DNA of 64,000 bases from Bacteroidales bacterium (lineage in GTDB: Bacteria; Bacteroidota; Bacteroidia; Bacteroidales; WCHB1-69): NCBI GenBank assembly GCA_024400815.1, contig JAKSMD010000002.1, positions 4,587-68,586 of the forward strand, read 5' to 3'. Shown piece by piece: positions 1 to 10,488 of the stretch. The position numbers and the translations under genes were made by a program. Below the pieces are notes generated by a model. It had not been told where the DNA came from and made no database searches. It saw only the letters and a list, made by a program, of their open reading frames with translations. Numbering within the stretch: the stretch's first letter is position 1; every line of letters begins with the position of its first letter.

Positions 1-1
1 G

Positions 2-1615
2 CCTAACGTAAATAGCAGCTACCCGACCTACTTCAATATGCAAAGCACCTTCCAGCACTATTTCATCGAGATAGCACCATTCACAAATGCGGGCGTAAAA
101 CGTATCTATTTCTTGTGGCATAATGATGGTTCTGGAGGTACTACTCCTCCGGGTGCAGTTGACAATGTCTCCGTCTATGAAGCTACTTGTCCTGCTCCAA
201 GCAACTTACATGTATCCAACACCACCCCTTCCTCTGTAGAAATAGATTGGACTGCTAATCCGAACTCCACATCATGGAATATTATTTACGGAGCAGATGG
301 CTTCGACCCTGCCAATGGCGGCACCACCATCAATGTAACCTCACATCCGTACGAAATCACCAATCTGAACACTGATACCTACAACTTTTATGTCTCCACC
401 GATTGCGGTTCTGACGGACAAAGTGCTCTGATTGGACCGATTACAGCGGCTCCTGGTTCCATCAACATGCCGTCTTCTGGAACACAAACCGTTAGTATAT
501 GCGGCGGTCACATTTATGACGATGGCGGCATTGCAGGCGATTACTCTAACAGTTGTAATGGAACACTCACCATTAATCCGGACGCTGCCGGTATGGCCGT
601 TCAACTCACGGGCACTTACGACACAGAAAACAGTTATGATATACTGACCATCTATGATGGCACCTCAACGGGGGGCACTGTCTTGGGCACATTCACCAAT
701 ACGGGTAATATCAACGTAACCTCCACAACAGGTTCTTTGACCTTGCATTTCACTTCTGATGGCAGTGTACAATATTCCGGTTTCGCCTTGACCGTCTCCT
801 GTGTTCCATTAAGTGCTTCCTGCGATGAACCTACCAATGTTCAAGTTTCTCCAGGCATCAATACGGCCACTGTAACATGGACCCCTGGCGGCACAGAATC
901 CTCATGGTATCTCCAATACAGAACTGCAAACGGCTCATGGAGTTCCAGCGTCACAGCAAGCACTCCAACTTACACGCTCACTAACCTTACGGCTTCTACA
1001 GCGTATGAAGTCAGAGTACAGGCCAATTGCGGCGGCACAACCAGCGACTGGGCAAATGCTTCTTTCACTACTACCAGCGAAAATAGCTGTCCTACGCCAA
1101 CCAACTTCCGTGTTGAAAGCCAAACTAACAACAGCGTAACCTTTGCTTGGAATCAAGAAGCAGGCACCGCTACCGAATGGGAAATCAACTACAAAGCCAA
1201 CTCTGCAAGTGCTTGGACCAATGTCACAGTTAACAACAACCCGTTCACCATTACCGATTTGCAGCAAGATGAAAGCTATCAAGCCCAAATCATCGCTCAC
1301 TGCGGCAATGGCATCAACAGCGACGCCTCTCCTGTTATCAGCTTCACCATTACGGGTGTCAACGACTACTTGCTCGAAAAGGGCGTCAGTCTCTTGCCCA
1401 ACCCAGCCACCAACTATGTTGACATTATGGTCAACGACAACAATGTCATCCTCGACGAACTCTATGTTTACGATGTCTATGGCAAATTGCTCATGACCAT
1501 CTCCGTGGACAGCAATCCGACGCGCATCGACATCAGCGACTTGGCTTCAGGCATGTATATGGTACGCATCTTCAGCAACAACAGCGTTGTCAACAAATCT
1601 TTCATCAAGAGATAA
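2..1615 (+). CDS. T9SS-secreted surface protein, 5' end cut by window edge (CUB-like module, three Fn3-like repeats, C-terminal T9SS sorting domain)
   Basis: The frame is open from nt 2 with no stop before the ATG at 38, so the gene starts outside the window. Three ~90-aa repeats beginning C-x-x-PTN look like fibronectin-III modules. The last ~75 aa (LLPNPATNYVDI...GMYMVRIF) fit the Por/T9SS C-terminal domain pattern. Confidence 0.8.
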   Translation, partial: PNVNSSYPTYFNMQSTFQHYFIEIAPFTNAGVKRIYFLWHNDGSGGTTPPGAVDNVSVYEATCPAPSNLHVSNTTPSSVEIDWTANPNSTSWNIIYGADGFDPANGGTTINVTSHPYEITNLNTDTYNFYVSTDCGSDGQSALIGPITAAPGSINMPSSGTQTVSICGGHIYDDGGIAGDYSNSCNGTLTINPDAAGMAVQLTGTYDTENSYDILTIYDGTSTGGTVLGTFTNTGNINVTSTTGSLTLHFTSDGSVQYSGFALTVSCVPLSASCDEPTNVQVSPGINTATVTWTPGGTESSWYLQYRTANGSWSSSVTASTPTYTLTNLTASTAYEVRVQANCGGTTSDWANASFTTTSENSCPTPTNFRVESQTNNSVTFAWNQEAGTATEWEINYKANSASAWTNVTVNNNPFTITDLQQDESYQAQIIAHCGNGINSDASPVISFTITGVNDYLLEKGVSLLPNPATNYVDIMVNDNNVILDELYVYDVYGKLLMTISVDSNPTRIDISDLASGMYMVRIFSNNSVVNKSFIKR

Positions 1616-1639
1616 TCTTTCAATCTATAGAACATTTAA

Positions 1640-1666
1640 GGTGGTCGAAAACGGCCACCTTTTTTA
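1640..1666 (+). terminator. rho-independent terminator after the T9SS surface protein gene
   Basis: 8-bp stem GGTGGTCG/CGGCCACC, loop AAAA, then TTTTTT. Confidence 0.8.
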
Positions 1667-1709
1667 TTATATATCATAGGTTGCAGTTGTAAAATGCAAC
1701 CATTTTTTG

Positions 1710-1717
1710 TATCTTTG
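1710..1717 (+). promoter_or_regulatory. -7 box TATCTTTG upstream of pruA
   Basis: Matches Bacteroidota TAnnTTTG. Preceded by TTTTTTG and followed by CCGCGC. 57 nt to the ATG. Confidence 0.55.
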
Positions 1718-1773
1718 CCGCGCTTTTATACAAGCAAAACAACAAATAAATTTTTAATTCAAATTTTGTTTCT

Positions 1774-3402
1774 ATGAACAACGCAAACTATGTATTTAGA
1801 GAACCTCTAAATGAACCCGTGTATTCTTATGCGCCGGGAACACCTGAAAGAAAACTTTTACAAGAAGAATTAGATAGACAATACAATAAAGTCATTGAAA
1901 TCTGTCCGATCATAGGTGGTAAGGAAATCAAGACTGGCGACATGGGTCAAGTAGTCATGCCAACTGAACACAGCCATGTTTTGGCAAAATATCATAAGGT
2001 AGGTGAAAAAGAAGTCCAAATGGCTATTGATGCCGCTATGGCTGCAAAAAAGGACTGGGAAGATATGCCTTGGATTCAAAGAGCATCCATCATGATGAAG
2101 GCAGGCGAACTCTTGGCCACCAAATACAGATACATCCTTAACGCATCTTGTATGCTCGGCCAAGGCAAGAGCCCTATGCAAGCTGAAATCGACTGTCCTT
2201 GCGAAGCCATCGACTTCTTGCGTTTCAACACCTATTTTGCTTCTCAATTGTATGGTCAACAACCGATTTCCGACCACGCAACTTTGAACCGCAACGAATA
2301 TCGCGGAATGGAAGGATTCGTTTATGCTATCACTCCGTTCAATTTCACCTCTATCGCATTGAACCTCAATGTAGCTCCAGCTTTGATGGGCAATGTTACC
2401 ATCTGGAAACCGTCCACCACCGCTATTTTGTCAAACTACTATTTGATGAAATTGTTACAAGAAGCAGGTTTGCCAGACGGCGTCATCAACTTCTTGCCGG
2501 GCAGCGGTTCTGTCATCAGCAGCGTGGCCTTCAAATCTCCGCATCTTGCCGGCATCCATTTCACCGGTAGCACTTCCACTTTCAAAAGCTTCTGGAAACT
2601 CATTGGCGAAAATATCGATATTTACAACACTTATCCTAAAATCGTCGGCGAGACAGGTGGCAAAGACTTCATCTTTGCACACAAAACTGCTCCTGCCCGC
2701 GAATTAGCAGTGGCTATCCTCCGCGGCGCTTTCGAATACCAAGGTCAAAAATGTTCTGCCGCTTCCCGCGCTTATGTTCCAAAATCTTTGTGGGAACCGA
2801 CATTGAACCATATTAAAGAAATGATGAAGACCGTGAAGATGGGCGATGTCCGTGACTTCTCCAACTTCGTAAATGCAGTTATCGATGAAAAATCCTTCGA
2901 CAACATTGCCGGTTACATCGACAGAGCAAAAGCTTCTAACGATGCAGAAATCGCTTTGGGCGGCCACTACGACAAAACGGTCGGCTACTTCATCGAACCG
3001 ACTATCATCGTAGCTAAAACTCCAAAATACGAATCCATCTGCGAAGAAATCTTCGGACCCGTCATCACTATTTATGTATATGAAGATGACAAATTCGAAG
3101 AGACCTTGCATCTCTGCGACGAGACCTCTCCTTACGCTCTTACCGGTTCTATCTTCTCACAAGACCGCTATGCTATCGAAAAGGCAGAACAAATTCTTCG
3201 TCACACCGCAGGCAACTTCTACATCAACGACAAACCGACAGGCGCTGTAGTCGGCTGCCAACCTTTCGGCGGCGCTCGTGCATCCGGCACCAACGACAAA
3301 GCCGGCAGCATCCTCAACCTCGTTCGTTGGATCAGCGCCCGCTGCATCAAGGAAACTTATTCTCCAGCTACGGATTACGGTTATCCTTTCCTTGCAAAAT
3401 AA
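1774..3402 (+). CDS. pruA: L-glutamate gamma-semialdehyde (1-pyrroline-5-carboxylate) dehydrogenase
   Basis: 542-aa aldehyde dehydrogenase family protein with ITPFNFTSI, GETGGKDF and EYQGQKCSAASR motifs. Length and N-terminus are typical of stand-alone P5CDH. Confidence 0.85.
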   Translation: MNNANYVFREPLNEPVYSYAPGTPERKLLQEELDRQYNKVIEICPIIGGKEIKTGDMGQVVMPTEHSHVLAKYHKVGEKEVQMAIDAAMAAKKDWEDMPWIQRASIMMKAGELLATKYRYILNASCMLGQGKSPMQAEIDCPCEAIDFLRFNTYFASQLYGQQPISDHATLNRNEYRGMEGFVYAITPFNFTSIALNLNVAPALMGNVTIWKPSTTAILSNYYLMKLLQEAGLPDGVINFLPGSGSVISSVAFKSPHLAGIHFTGSTSTFKSFWKLIGENIDIYNTYPKIVGETGGKDFIFAHKTAPARELAVAILRGAFEYQGQKCSAASRAYVPKSLWEPTLNHIKEMMKTVKMGDVRDFSNFVNAVIDEKSFDNIAGYIDRAKASNDAEIALGGHYDKTVGYFIEPTIIVAKTPKYESICEEIFGPVITIYVYEDDKFEETLHLCDETSPYALTGSIFSQDRYAIEKAEQILRHTAGNFYINDKPTGAVVGCQPFGGARASGTNDKAGSILNLVRWISARCIKETYSPATDYGYPFLAK

Positions 3403-3416
3403 GCAAACCTTATACA

Positions 3417-3452
3417 AACAAAAAAGACGCTCCAGTGGGGCGTCTTTTTTTT
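3417..3452. terminator. bidirectional terminator between pruA and the yajC string
   Basis: Stem GACGCTCC/GGGGCGTC flanked by an A-run and a T-run. Confidence 0.8.
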
Positions 3453-3466
3453 ATCGTAGCAAAAAA

Positions 3467-3877
3467 TTAGCGCAAATAGAAGGTAATCACTTCGGGCGAA
3501 TCCACCGAGACCAACTCGGAACCGAATCCGTGATGCATCAGAAAATCTCTGAACTCCTTGTTGGAGTACGCATATACCGTGGCTTTTCCCTTCGGCTTAA
3601 TTAGGTCATTGACAGAAATGTAAATAACCTTATCTTTGCTTGAAAAGGGTTTGGTCAGATAATTGAATCCTTTTTGATTAAAAGATAAAGAGACCACCGT
3701 ATCTGAAACCGTCACCGATTGTTTGCCTTCTGGAAGGTCATAGCACACCACCTTAAAGTCCATCGTAACCCTGTAATCTTTCGAAAAAGTCACAATAAAC
3801 CAACCGGCCGTGGCAATAGCCAAGCATACCAAAAAGGAAAAAGACGGCAACTTCTGTTTCAGTGTTTTATCTGCCAT
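3467..3877 (-). CDS. hypothetical membrane-anchored protein (short, possibly YbbR-like)
   Basis: ATG start, one N-terminal TM helix, and position directly downstream of yajC. Ends at a bidirectional terminator. No motif I can name. Confidence 0.55.
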   Translation of the reverse strand: MADKTLKQKLPSFSFLVCLAIATAGWFIVTFSKDYRVTMDFKVVCYDLPEGKQSVTVSDTVVSLSFNQKGFNYLTKPFSSKDKVIYISVNDLIKPKGKATVYAYSNKEFRDFLMHHGFGSELVSVDSPEVITFYLR

Positions 3878-3888
3878 ACGCTATTCAA

Positions 3889-4224
3889 TTATTCTTTTTT
3901 TGCTTTTTCTGCATTTTTCAATTGATTGTCATCAATAGAAATAGCGGCTTGTTCAATTTCAATACGAACATCATTTGCGATTTCAATTACAAAGGTGTTT
4001 TCTTTAACATCCACAATCTTGCCGTGAATACCACCAATGGTTGTAACTTTGTCGCCTTTTTGCAGACCTTTTCTGAATTCTTCTACTTGTTTCTGTTTCT
4101 TCTGTTGCGGACGAATCATGAAGAAATAGAAAATAACAATAATTAAAAGAATGAAAAGGAGTGTCATACTACCACCACCTTTCGGTTGTGCTGCAGCTTG
4201 TAAAAGAGGAAGCATTTGGATCAT
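3889..4224 (-). CDS. yajC: preprotein translocase subunit YajC
   Basis: 111 aa with one TM followed by FFMIRPQQKKQK...GDKVTTIGGIHGKIV, the YajC signature. Confidence 0.9.
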   Translation of the reverse strand: MIQMLPLLQAAAQPKGGGSMTLLFILLIIVIFYFFMIRPQQKKQKQVEEFRKGLQKGDKVTTIGGIHGKIVDVKENTFVIEIANDVRIEIEQAAISIDDNQLKNAEKAKKE

Positions 4225-4252
4225 AATTGTATTTTTTTAAGTGAATAAATAA

Positions 4253-4720
4253 TTATTTCGGTACAGAAACATTGGCCGTAATGGTCAATATGGTTTCAGC
4301 CGGATAGGTGTTGGCGCCCACTAAAATGCGCTTGGTCACCTTACCGCTTTGAGATTTGGAATCAAAAGTGACTTGAATTTCGCCAGATTCACCCGGACGA
4401 ATTGGGGCCTTCGGCGGCGTAGATGTCGTACATCCACAAGTGGCTTCTGAAGAATAAATAATCAAGTTGGATTTACCCGTATTCTTGAATTTGAAAGAAT
4501 AGGTCAAACGCTCGCCTTGGACCACTTCGCCAAAATCGTAATTTGTTTTTTCGAAAGTGATAACCGGCAATTTCTTAGCGTCCTTTTTGGACATGCCGTT
4601 TGCCGTTTGCGGGCAATGAACATCAGAGGTTTTGAATCCCCCAACCTCTTCCTGTTTTTGATGGCAAGATTGAAATGCCATCAAACTGAAAACCACCAAT
4701 ATTAATGTAAGTTTTTTCAT
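4253..4720 (-). CDS. DUF1573 domain lipoprotein
   Basis: Trimmed to MKKLTLILVVFSLMAFQSC, a lipoprotein signal. Beta-rich domain with the ATCGCT motif typical of DUF1573. Conserved position between nusB and yajC in Bacteroidota. Confidence 0.8.
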   Translation of the reverse strand: MKKLTLILVVFSLMAFQSCHQKQEEVGGFKTSDVHCPQTANGMSKKDAKKLPVITFEKTNYDFGEVVQGERLTYSFKFKNTGKSNLIIYSSEATCGCTTSTPPKAPIRPGESGEIQVTFDSKSQSGKVTKRILVGANTYPAETILTITANVSVPK

Positions 4721-4724
4721 ATTT

Positions 4725-5675
4725 CTAATTTTGGAACAATCCGCGACCCGTCTTATGCAATCTATTTTGGTCGCGCAAATCAATAATAAGTCTATCTAAT
4801 ATACCATTGATGAACACTTTGCTCTTATCAGAACTGTACAATTTGGCCAAGTCAATATATTCATTCATCGTAACCTTCACGGGGATGGTTGGAAATTCTG
4901 TGAACTCGCAAATAGCCATCTTCATCAACAGCACATCCATGCCAATCACGCGTTCGAGTTCCCAGTTTTGGAGTTTCGACTCAATCATAGTTTCATATTC
5001 TGCATCGTGTTCGATTGTTTTTCTAAACAAATCGCGGCAGAATTGTTCATCATCGGTGCTGTTTTTGAAAAGTTTCAAGATTTTGCAATCATCGCCTTTG
5101 CTCTGTTTGAAATCTTCAATGTTTTTATACAACATTGCCAAGGCCTCTTCGTAATCATCCACCCAGTTGGGATCCTTTTCGCCAAAGAACCAATGCATAT
5201 ATTCGCTTTCCGCAAAAATGTTTTGGATGATGGACAAAACCAATTGCTTGTCTTCCTCATAACTTCTGCTTTTACGCTTCATATAGGCCTTATAATCATC
5301 GAATTCCTCAATGGTGTGGAAGAGACGGATAATAAAATCATCATCATTGGTCCAGTTGATATGATATTTTTGAAAGAGCAATTTCAGCGTCGTGTTATTC
5401 TCAATTTGAGCAATAATCTGGTTCTCCACAAACTTCGTATTCGGATTGAGATCCTCTTCCGTCGGGTTGTTTTTGCCCTTCAAATCTTCTAACTTCCTAG
5501 TTCTATAAAATGTCATTTCCGGCAAGATAGAAAAAAACCACAAAAAGAGCGCATAGGTGTTTTTCACCGTACTTACCAGCTCATTTTCTGCCGTCACAAC
5601 ATTTTGATACGGCTTCATGCTATGGGCATAAAGCGCCTGCATCGTTTTGGTTCGCAAAAATCTTCTGCTAATCAT
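4725..5675 (-). CDS. nusB: transcription antitermination factor NusB (long Bacteroidota form)
   Basis: N-terminal RRFLRTKTMQALYA and C-terminal NGILDRL NusB motifs. Synteny with yajC. Confidence 0.85.
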   Translation of the reverse strand: MISRRFLRTKTMQALYAHSMKPYQNVVTAENELVSTVKNTYALFLWFFSILPEMTFYRTRKLEDLKGKNNPTEEDLNPNTKFVENQIIAQIENNTTLKLLFQKYHINWTNDDDFIIRLFHTIEEFDDYKAYMKRKSRSYEEDKQLVLSIIQNIFAESEYMHWFFGEKDPNWVDDYEEALAMLYKNIEDFKQSKGDDCKILKLFKNSTDDEQFCRDLFRKTIEHDAEYETMIESKLQNWELERVIGMDVLLMKMAICEFTEFPTIPVKVTMNEYIDLAKLYSSDKSKVFINGILDRLIIDLRDQNRLHKTGRGLFQN

Positions 5676-5702
5676 AATTTCAAGTTCGGTTAGTGAATCG
5701 AA

Positions 5703-6647
5703 TTATTTCAAAGTAAAGGAGCTTTCGCCAAGATATTGGTCATCCGTGAAAACTTGGACAATGTATTTGCCCTTGATCGCTTTGTCGTCGGATGGCAAAT
5801 CCCAAGTCAAGGCAACCGATTGGGAGGACTTGTTGTAATTCACCACTTGCTTGGATGAATATTGCAAGCGTTGGCCATCGTGTACGAAAGAGTAGCTGTC
5901 GCCATTGCCCATTGTCAGCACCTTGCCCGTTCCGGGAAGTGCGATACGGCAATACACATTGACAGGACCGGGTTCGATAAGGGAGTTTTCGCCCAAGATC
6001 AAAGTCGTCTTAATGCGTTTCACGGCAGAAGCTTTATCGGTTACTTCTTCTACGCCTTTCTTCTTCACATTGTAACCAGCACTATGAATATTATATGCTT
6101 TGTAAACGGCGGCGTTGGAAATCTTGGCATTCAAATCGTCATTGGACTTTTGAATATTCGCTTTATCTTGGCGCTCCGTTTCCAAATCTGCCTTCACTTG
6201 CGTGTTTTCATCTTTCAAAGCCTTATTTTCTTGATAGAGCTTATCCATCTCTTTCACATACTCTTGAGAGATGTTCTGCAATCTTGCCAATTGCTTTTTG
6301 ATTTTTCTGTAATCGGCTTGAGAATTAATCAACTCTTCAATTTGAGCGGCATTTGCCATAATCAAACTATCTTTTTCACTCAACTGATCAGAGAGGTCAC
6401 CGTATTGGGCTTTGATTTTCTCATGTTCAGCCATTAGAGAATCGAGTTCGGATTGAAGCTCGTTTTTGCTTTCTTCCACTTTGATGTATTCCTTATTTGT
6501 CACTGGTTTAGCGAAAAATCCGAAATAGAGTGTGGAAAGGAAGAACAGGCCCGCGAGGGCGCCTAAAATAATCACCCATTTTTTCAACGGATTTTCATTT
6601 CCGTTTTGGGCCCCATTTTCATTTGAATAAGAACTTGTCGTTTGCAT
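5703..6647 (-). CDS. hypothetical membrane-anchored coiled-coil protein
   Basis: One TM near residue 25-45, then about 130 aa of heptad-like E/K/Q/L-rich sequence, then a beta-rich C-terminal domain. No enzymatic motif. Confidence 0.7.
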   Translation of the reverse strand: MQTTSSYSNENGAQNGNENPLKKWVIILGALAGLFFLSTLYFGFFAKPVTNKEYIKVEESKNELQSELDSLMAEHEKIKAQYGDLSDQLSEKDSLIMANAAQIEELINSQADYRKIKKQLARLQNISQEYVKEMDKLYQENKALKDENTQVKADLETERQDKANIQKSNDDLNAKISNAAVYKAYNIHSAGYNVKKKGVEEVTDKASAVKRIKTTLILGENSLIEPGPVNVYCRIALPGTGKVLTMGNGDSYSFVHDGQRLQYSSKQVVNYNKSSQSVALTWDLPSDDKAIKGKYIVQVFTDDQYLGESSFTLK

Positions 6648-6719
6648 TTTTATGTATGTTTATTTTTATCAAAATAGGTTCAAATAACGCTTTTCTTCGC
6701 AAATAATTGTGGTATTTGC

Positions 6720-8360
6720 TTATTTTAGCAACAAATATTTATAAAGTTCTTTAGGAACATAAAGCGTTTTATTTTTCGGCATATAAACCACTACAGAAGA
6801 AAGGTCATAGCGTTTCTTGTTAACTGTAACATAGCTGGTATAGCTATCCACCACCAATGTGTTTTTCTTATACTTAGCAGTCAGTCGATATTGGGAGGGT
6901 GAAATGCTATCTATTTGGTACTGATAGTCGGCAAACACCTTACGATGGTCAACAAAGAGTTCGTCTGACAAATCGCGAAGCGGTTCCGTCATGCCCATTT
7001 GCTTGCAAAGATACTGATTGACTTCAATATTTGTTGGACAACCAGAGAGCACATCGCCTTTGGGATGATAGACGGCCAAAAAGACATTTTCCATGGTGTG
7101 TCCGAAAGTAGTGAATCCGAAATAGGTTCTGCCATACAGCACTTGGCTCAGCATTTTAGAAAGCGACAGCTGAGCGCGTTGTTCTTTCGGCAAATCGGAT
7201 TTCTTATAGTCGTGAGCCGTTTTCAGATAGGCCACTTCTGCTTCATCCACATCAATGTTAAAATTTGTTTTGAAAAGGGCCGGCCAGTCGGTCGGTTCCA
7301 CCTTATTCATCTTTTCCGTCATTGTCGCAATGGAAATTTTATAGTCGTCCACCGTCTGCATGATTTGCTTCAGTGAAAGTTTATCGTAGCCGTGGTTGGA
7401 TTTGGCATTGCCCACCGTCAAAGCGCTGGTGCCGTGGTCAGGGGCAATGAGGACCAATGTGTTGCCATCCTTCTGAGCAAAATCCAAGGCTACCTTGCAA
7501 GCTTGGTCAAAAGCAAGGAAATCCGTAATGGCGGCCTTTGCGTCATTATCGTGTGCGGCCCAGTCCACCTTACTGCCTTCCACCATCATAAAGAAGCCAT
7601 TGGGATTGCTAGAGAGCAATTCTATGGCCTTTTGGGTCATCTCAGCCAAAGAAGGCAATTTGGTTGTATCGCGTTCCATGTCGTACGGCATCGCATAAGG
7701 TTCAAACAAAGCCCAGCAGGGTGCTGATTGGCAGCTGCGCAAGCCCTTCACATCGTCCAAATAAATGTTATAGCCGTTTTCTTTCAAAAAGGATTGTTCA
7801 GGTTCTTTGAGATAGGAAACGCCTCCGCCTATCACAACATCTACTTTATTGTAAACCATTTGTTTAGCAATGCCTTCAGCATCTCCGCGATCGTAAGTGT
7901 GAGCCGCGCAATCAGCCGGAGTGGCATGAGGAAAATTGCAAGTGAACACCAAACCCGTGGATTTCTCCTGTTGACGTTTAGCATATTCCAACAAGGTTGC
8001 TTGCGGCTGGTAGGCCCTTGTTTCATCTATTGGAACCAAGTCATGGTCGGTTTTCACAGGATAAGTGGAAACGAAGGCCGTCTGCGTCGGCTGTCCCGTC
8101 ATATAGCATGAAGTGGTTGGGGCCGAGTCGCCAATAGGCGCATCGGAAGAGTTCGTACGCACCAAGCCCGTCAAAAACGGGTCAATATTCAAAGAAGACT
8201 TGGAAGAGTCCATATAAGTCTGATACCAACGGGCTGCCGACAAAAGACTCGTAGATGTTCCGTCTGGAATCATCACGATCACATTTTTCACGTGAGCTGT
8301 TTGTGCTATTATGGATAAAGCAAACAGACACAATATGTTACAAAGAAAGAACCTTTTCAT
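6720..8360 (-). CDS. alkaline phosphatase family protein (secreted)
   Basis: Signal peptide, MIPDGTSTS metal-site Asp, GDSAPT active-site serine motif and APDHGT metal site. Start trimmed from TTG (8363) to ATG (8360). Confidence 0.85.
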   Translation of the reverse strand: MKRFFLCNILCLFALSIIAQTAHVKNVIVMIPDGTSTSLLSAARWYQTYMDSSKSSLNIDPFLTGLVRTNSSDAPIGDSAPTTSCYMTGQPTQTAFVSTYPVKTDHDLVPIDETRAYQPQATLLEYAKRQQEKSTGLVFTCNFPHATPADCAAHTYDRGDAEGIAKQMVYNKVDVVIGGGVSYLKEPEQSFLKENGYNIYLDDVKGLRSCQSAPCWALFEPYAMPYDMERDTTKLPSLAEMTQKAIELLSSNPNGFFMMVEGSKVDWAAHDNDAKAAITDFLAFDQACKVALDFAQKDGNTLVLIAPDHGTSALTVGNAKSNHGYDKLSLKQIMQTVDDYKISIATMTEKMNKVEPTDWPALFKTNFNIDVDEAEVAYLKTAHDYKKSDLPKEQRAQLSLSKMLSQVLYGRTYFGFTTFGHTMENVFLAVYHPKGDVLSGCPTNIEVNQYLCKQMGMTEPLRDLSDELFVDHRKVFADYQYQIDSISPSQYRLTAKYKKNTLVVDSYTSYVTVNKKRYDLSSVVVYMPKNKTLYVPKELYKYLLLK

Positions 8361-8382
8361 CAAGAAGCATATTTAGAAGTTG

Positions 8383-8390
8383 CAAAAATA
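8383..8390 (-). promoter_or_regulatory. -7 box TATTTTTG upstream of the alkaline phosphatase gene
   Basis: TTTTTTG-TATTTTTG-C on the minus strand, 23 nt from the ATG at 8360. Confidence 0.55.
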
Positions 8391-8459
8391 CAAAAAATAG
8401 CATGGAAATATGGGCAGAAAACCACGATTAAAAAAATAAAATCCTAAGATAATTTTGTG

Positions 8460-8467
8460 TACATTTG
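8460..8467 (+). promoter_or_regulatory. -7 box TACATTTG upstream of gpsA
   Basis: TAnnTTTG followed by CACGC, 28 nt to the ATG. Confidence 0.5.
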
Positions 8468-8494
8468 CACGCTTAAAAAAAGTTAAAATAAATT

Positions 8495-9541
8495 ATGACT
8501 GATAGAGAATTCGCACCCATCATACCGCGCAGCAAAAAGACGAGATTACGCTACAGAGTGGCCGTGCTGGGCGGTGGCAGTTGGGCAACAGCCATTATCA
8601 AAATCATATCTGCAAACTTAGAGCACATCCACTGGTGGATGCGTTCTGCGGAAGCAGCCGAAGAAATCATGAAATACGGGCACAATCCCAAATACCTGAG
8701 TTCCGTATTTATCAACCCCGAGGAAGTCAAAGTCAGCACCGACATCAAGGCTGTGGTGAGCAAATCCGACTATGTCATCATCGTCACGCCATCCGCCTAT
8801 CTGCATGAGACTTTAGAGCCGCTGAAGCGCAGTCAGCTCAACAAGAAAAAGATTATCCTGGCCGTCAAGGGCATAGTTCCCGAAACGATGCAGCTCATCA
8901 GCGATTATATGCAGACACAGTTCAAGGTGCCGTTGGAAAACCTCTCCATCATCAGCGGACCCTCCCATGCGGAAGAAATCGCGCAAGAGAAATTCACCTT
9001 CCTTACCGCTGCTTCCACCAATCAAGAATTGGCAGAAACCGTGGCCAAGTTCTTCACCAACCGCTACTGCCGCGCTTCCGTGTCCAACGACTTGATGGGC
9101 GCAGAGCTGGCCATTGTGTTAAAAAATATTTATGCGCTCGGCGCCGGCATCTACAGCGGACTCGGCTACGGCGACAATTTCATCGCCGCCTATGTCGCCA
9201 ACTGCGTCAAGGAGATGAAGTATTTTGTGGATCAAGTCTATCCCGACGAAAACCGGCATGTCTCCGACTCCGTGTATTTGGGCGACTTGCTCGTCACCGC
9301 CTACTCCACCTACAGCCGCAATCGACTTTTCGGCATTATGATAGGCCACGGACTTTCGGTACGTGTCTCGCTGCTTGAATTGCGCATGGTTTCTGAAGGA
9401 TACACGGCCTGCCGCTGCGTACACGAAATCAACAAGAAATACCTTGCCCACATTCCGATTGTGGAGACTATTTACGGCGTTCTATACGAAAACAACAATG
9501 TCTCCTCCGAAATGAAACGCATTGCTGAACACTTCCGCTAA
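8495..9541 (+). CDS. gpsA: NAD(P)H-dependent glycerol-3-phosphate dehydrogenase
   Basis: VAVLGGGSWATAI Rossmann loop. Length and the C-terminal GpsA-like domain (GPSHAEE, NxxGxxA) fit. Confidence 0.9.
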   Translation: MTDREFAPIIPRSKKTRLRYRVAVLGGGSWATAIIKIISANLEHIHWWMRSAEAAEEIMKYGHNPKYLSSVFINPEEVKVSTDIKAVVSKSDYVIIVTPSAYLHETLEPLKRSQLNKKKIILAVKGIVPETMQLISDYMQTQFKVPLENLSIISGPSHAEEIAQEKFTFLTAASTNQELAETVAKFFTNRYCRASVSNDLMGAELAIVLKNIYALGAGIYSGLGYGDNFIAAYVANCVKEMKYFVDQVYPDENRHVSDSVYLGDLLVTAYSTYSRNRLFGIMIGHGLSVRVSLLELRMVSEGYTACRCVHEINKKYLAHIPIVETIYGVLYENNNVSSEMKRIAEHFR

Positions 9542-10485
9542 TGATTCGCTTTGTAAAACATAAGGACATTCTGCCAGAAAAATGGGACACGGCCGTGCTC
9601 GAATCCCCATTTCGCACCGTTTTCTGCACCTATCGAATCTTGAACGCCCTCACGCAAGGTTCTACTTGGAACGCCCTCGTGATGGACGATTACGATTATG
9701 TGATGCCCCTGCCCGAACGGTCCAAGTTTTACATTCGCTACATCTATACCCCATTTTTTCTGCCCCAGATGGGCATCTTTTCCGCCAAGGCGGTTACCGC
9801 AGCCATCGTTTCCGACTTCTTTAACGCCATTCCGAAAACCTTCAAGCAAATCGACGCGCTGCTCAATGTTTCCAACGACTATTCCGACATTGAGTCCCAC
9901 ACGATTTCGTTAGTTTCTCATCAATTGAAACTCTCTGCGCCCTACTTGGAACTATATGCCGGATTCTCGCAAAACACACAACGCAACATCAAATCTGCAA
10001 GAAAACAAAATTTAACATTTCAACAAGACCAAGTGACGATTCAAACCATCATTGATTTGTTTAGAAACAATAAAGGGCAGGAAAACAGCGTCCATTTCAA
10101 GGACGCAGACTATCAACTGCTGGACTCCACCGCCAACATCCTGAAAGAGATGGGTATGCTGGATGTTATCAGCGTCCACAATACGGAAGGACAGTGCCTT
10201 GCCGGCGCCTTGATGGTCAAAGACTTTGATCGCTATTGGTTCTGGTTTTCCGGTCGCGACAACCAGTTCGCCGCCGCAAAACCCATGTTTTTCCTACTGG
10301 ATGAATACATCCAAAAACACGCCGAAGAATCCAAATGGTTAGACTTCAATGGTTCGATGAATGAGAATGTCGCCCGCCTGTATAAAGGACTCGGCGGACT
10401 GCCCTACCCTGTCAAAATGATTAACTACACCAAAAAGACTTACTGGAATTTACTGCTCAAATTATATCGAAAAATAAAATCTTAA
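9541..10485 (+). CDS. FemAB/GNAT-like acyltransferase-fold protein, function unknown
   Basis: 314 aa, cytoplasmic. Its start overlaps the gpsA stop (TAATG). The overall pattern resembles BioF2-like/FemAB-type acetyltransferase domains, but this is a by-eye call only. Confidence 0.55.
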   Translation: MIRFVKHKDILPEKWDTAVLESPFRTVFCTYRILNALTQGSTWNALVMDDYDYVMPLPERSKFYIRYIYTPFFLPQMGIFSAKAVTAAIVSDFFNAIPKTFKQIDALLNVSNDYSDIESHTISLVSHQLKLSAPYLELYAGFSQNTQRNIKSARKQNLTFQQDQVTIQTIIDLFRNNKGQENSVHFKDADYQLLDSTANILKEMGMLDVISVHNTEGQCLAGALMVKDFDRYWFWFSGRDNQFAAAKPMFFLLDEYIQKHAEESKWLDFNGSMNENVARLYKGLGGLPYPVKMINYTKKTYWNLLLKLYRKIKS

Positions 10486-10488
10486 AAA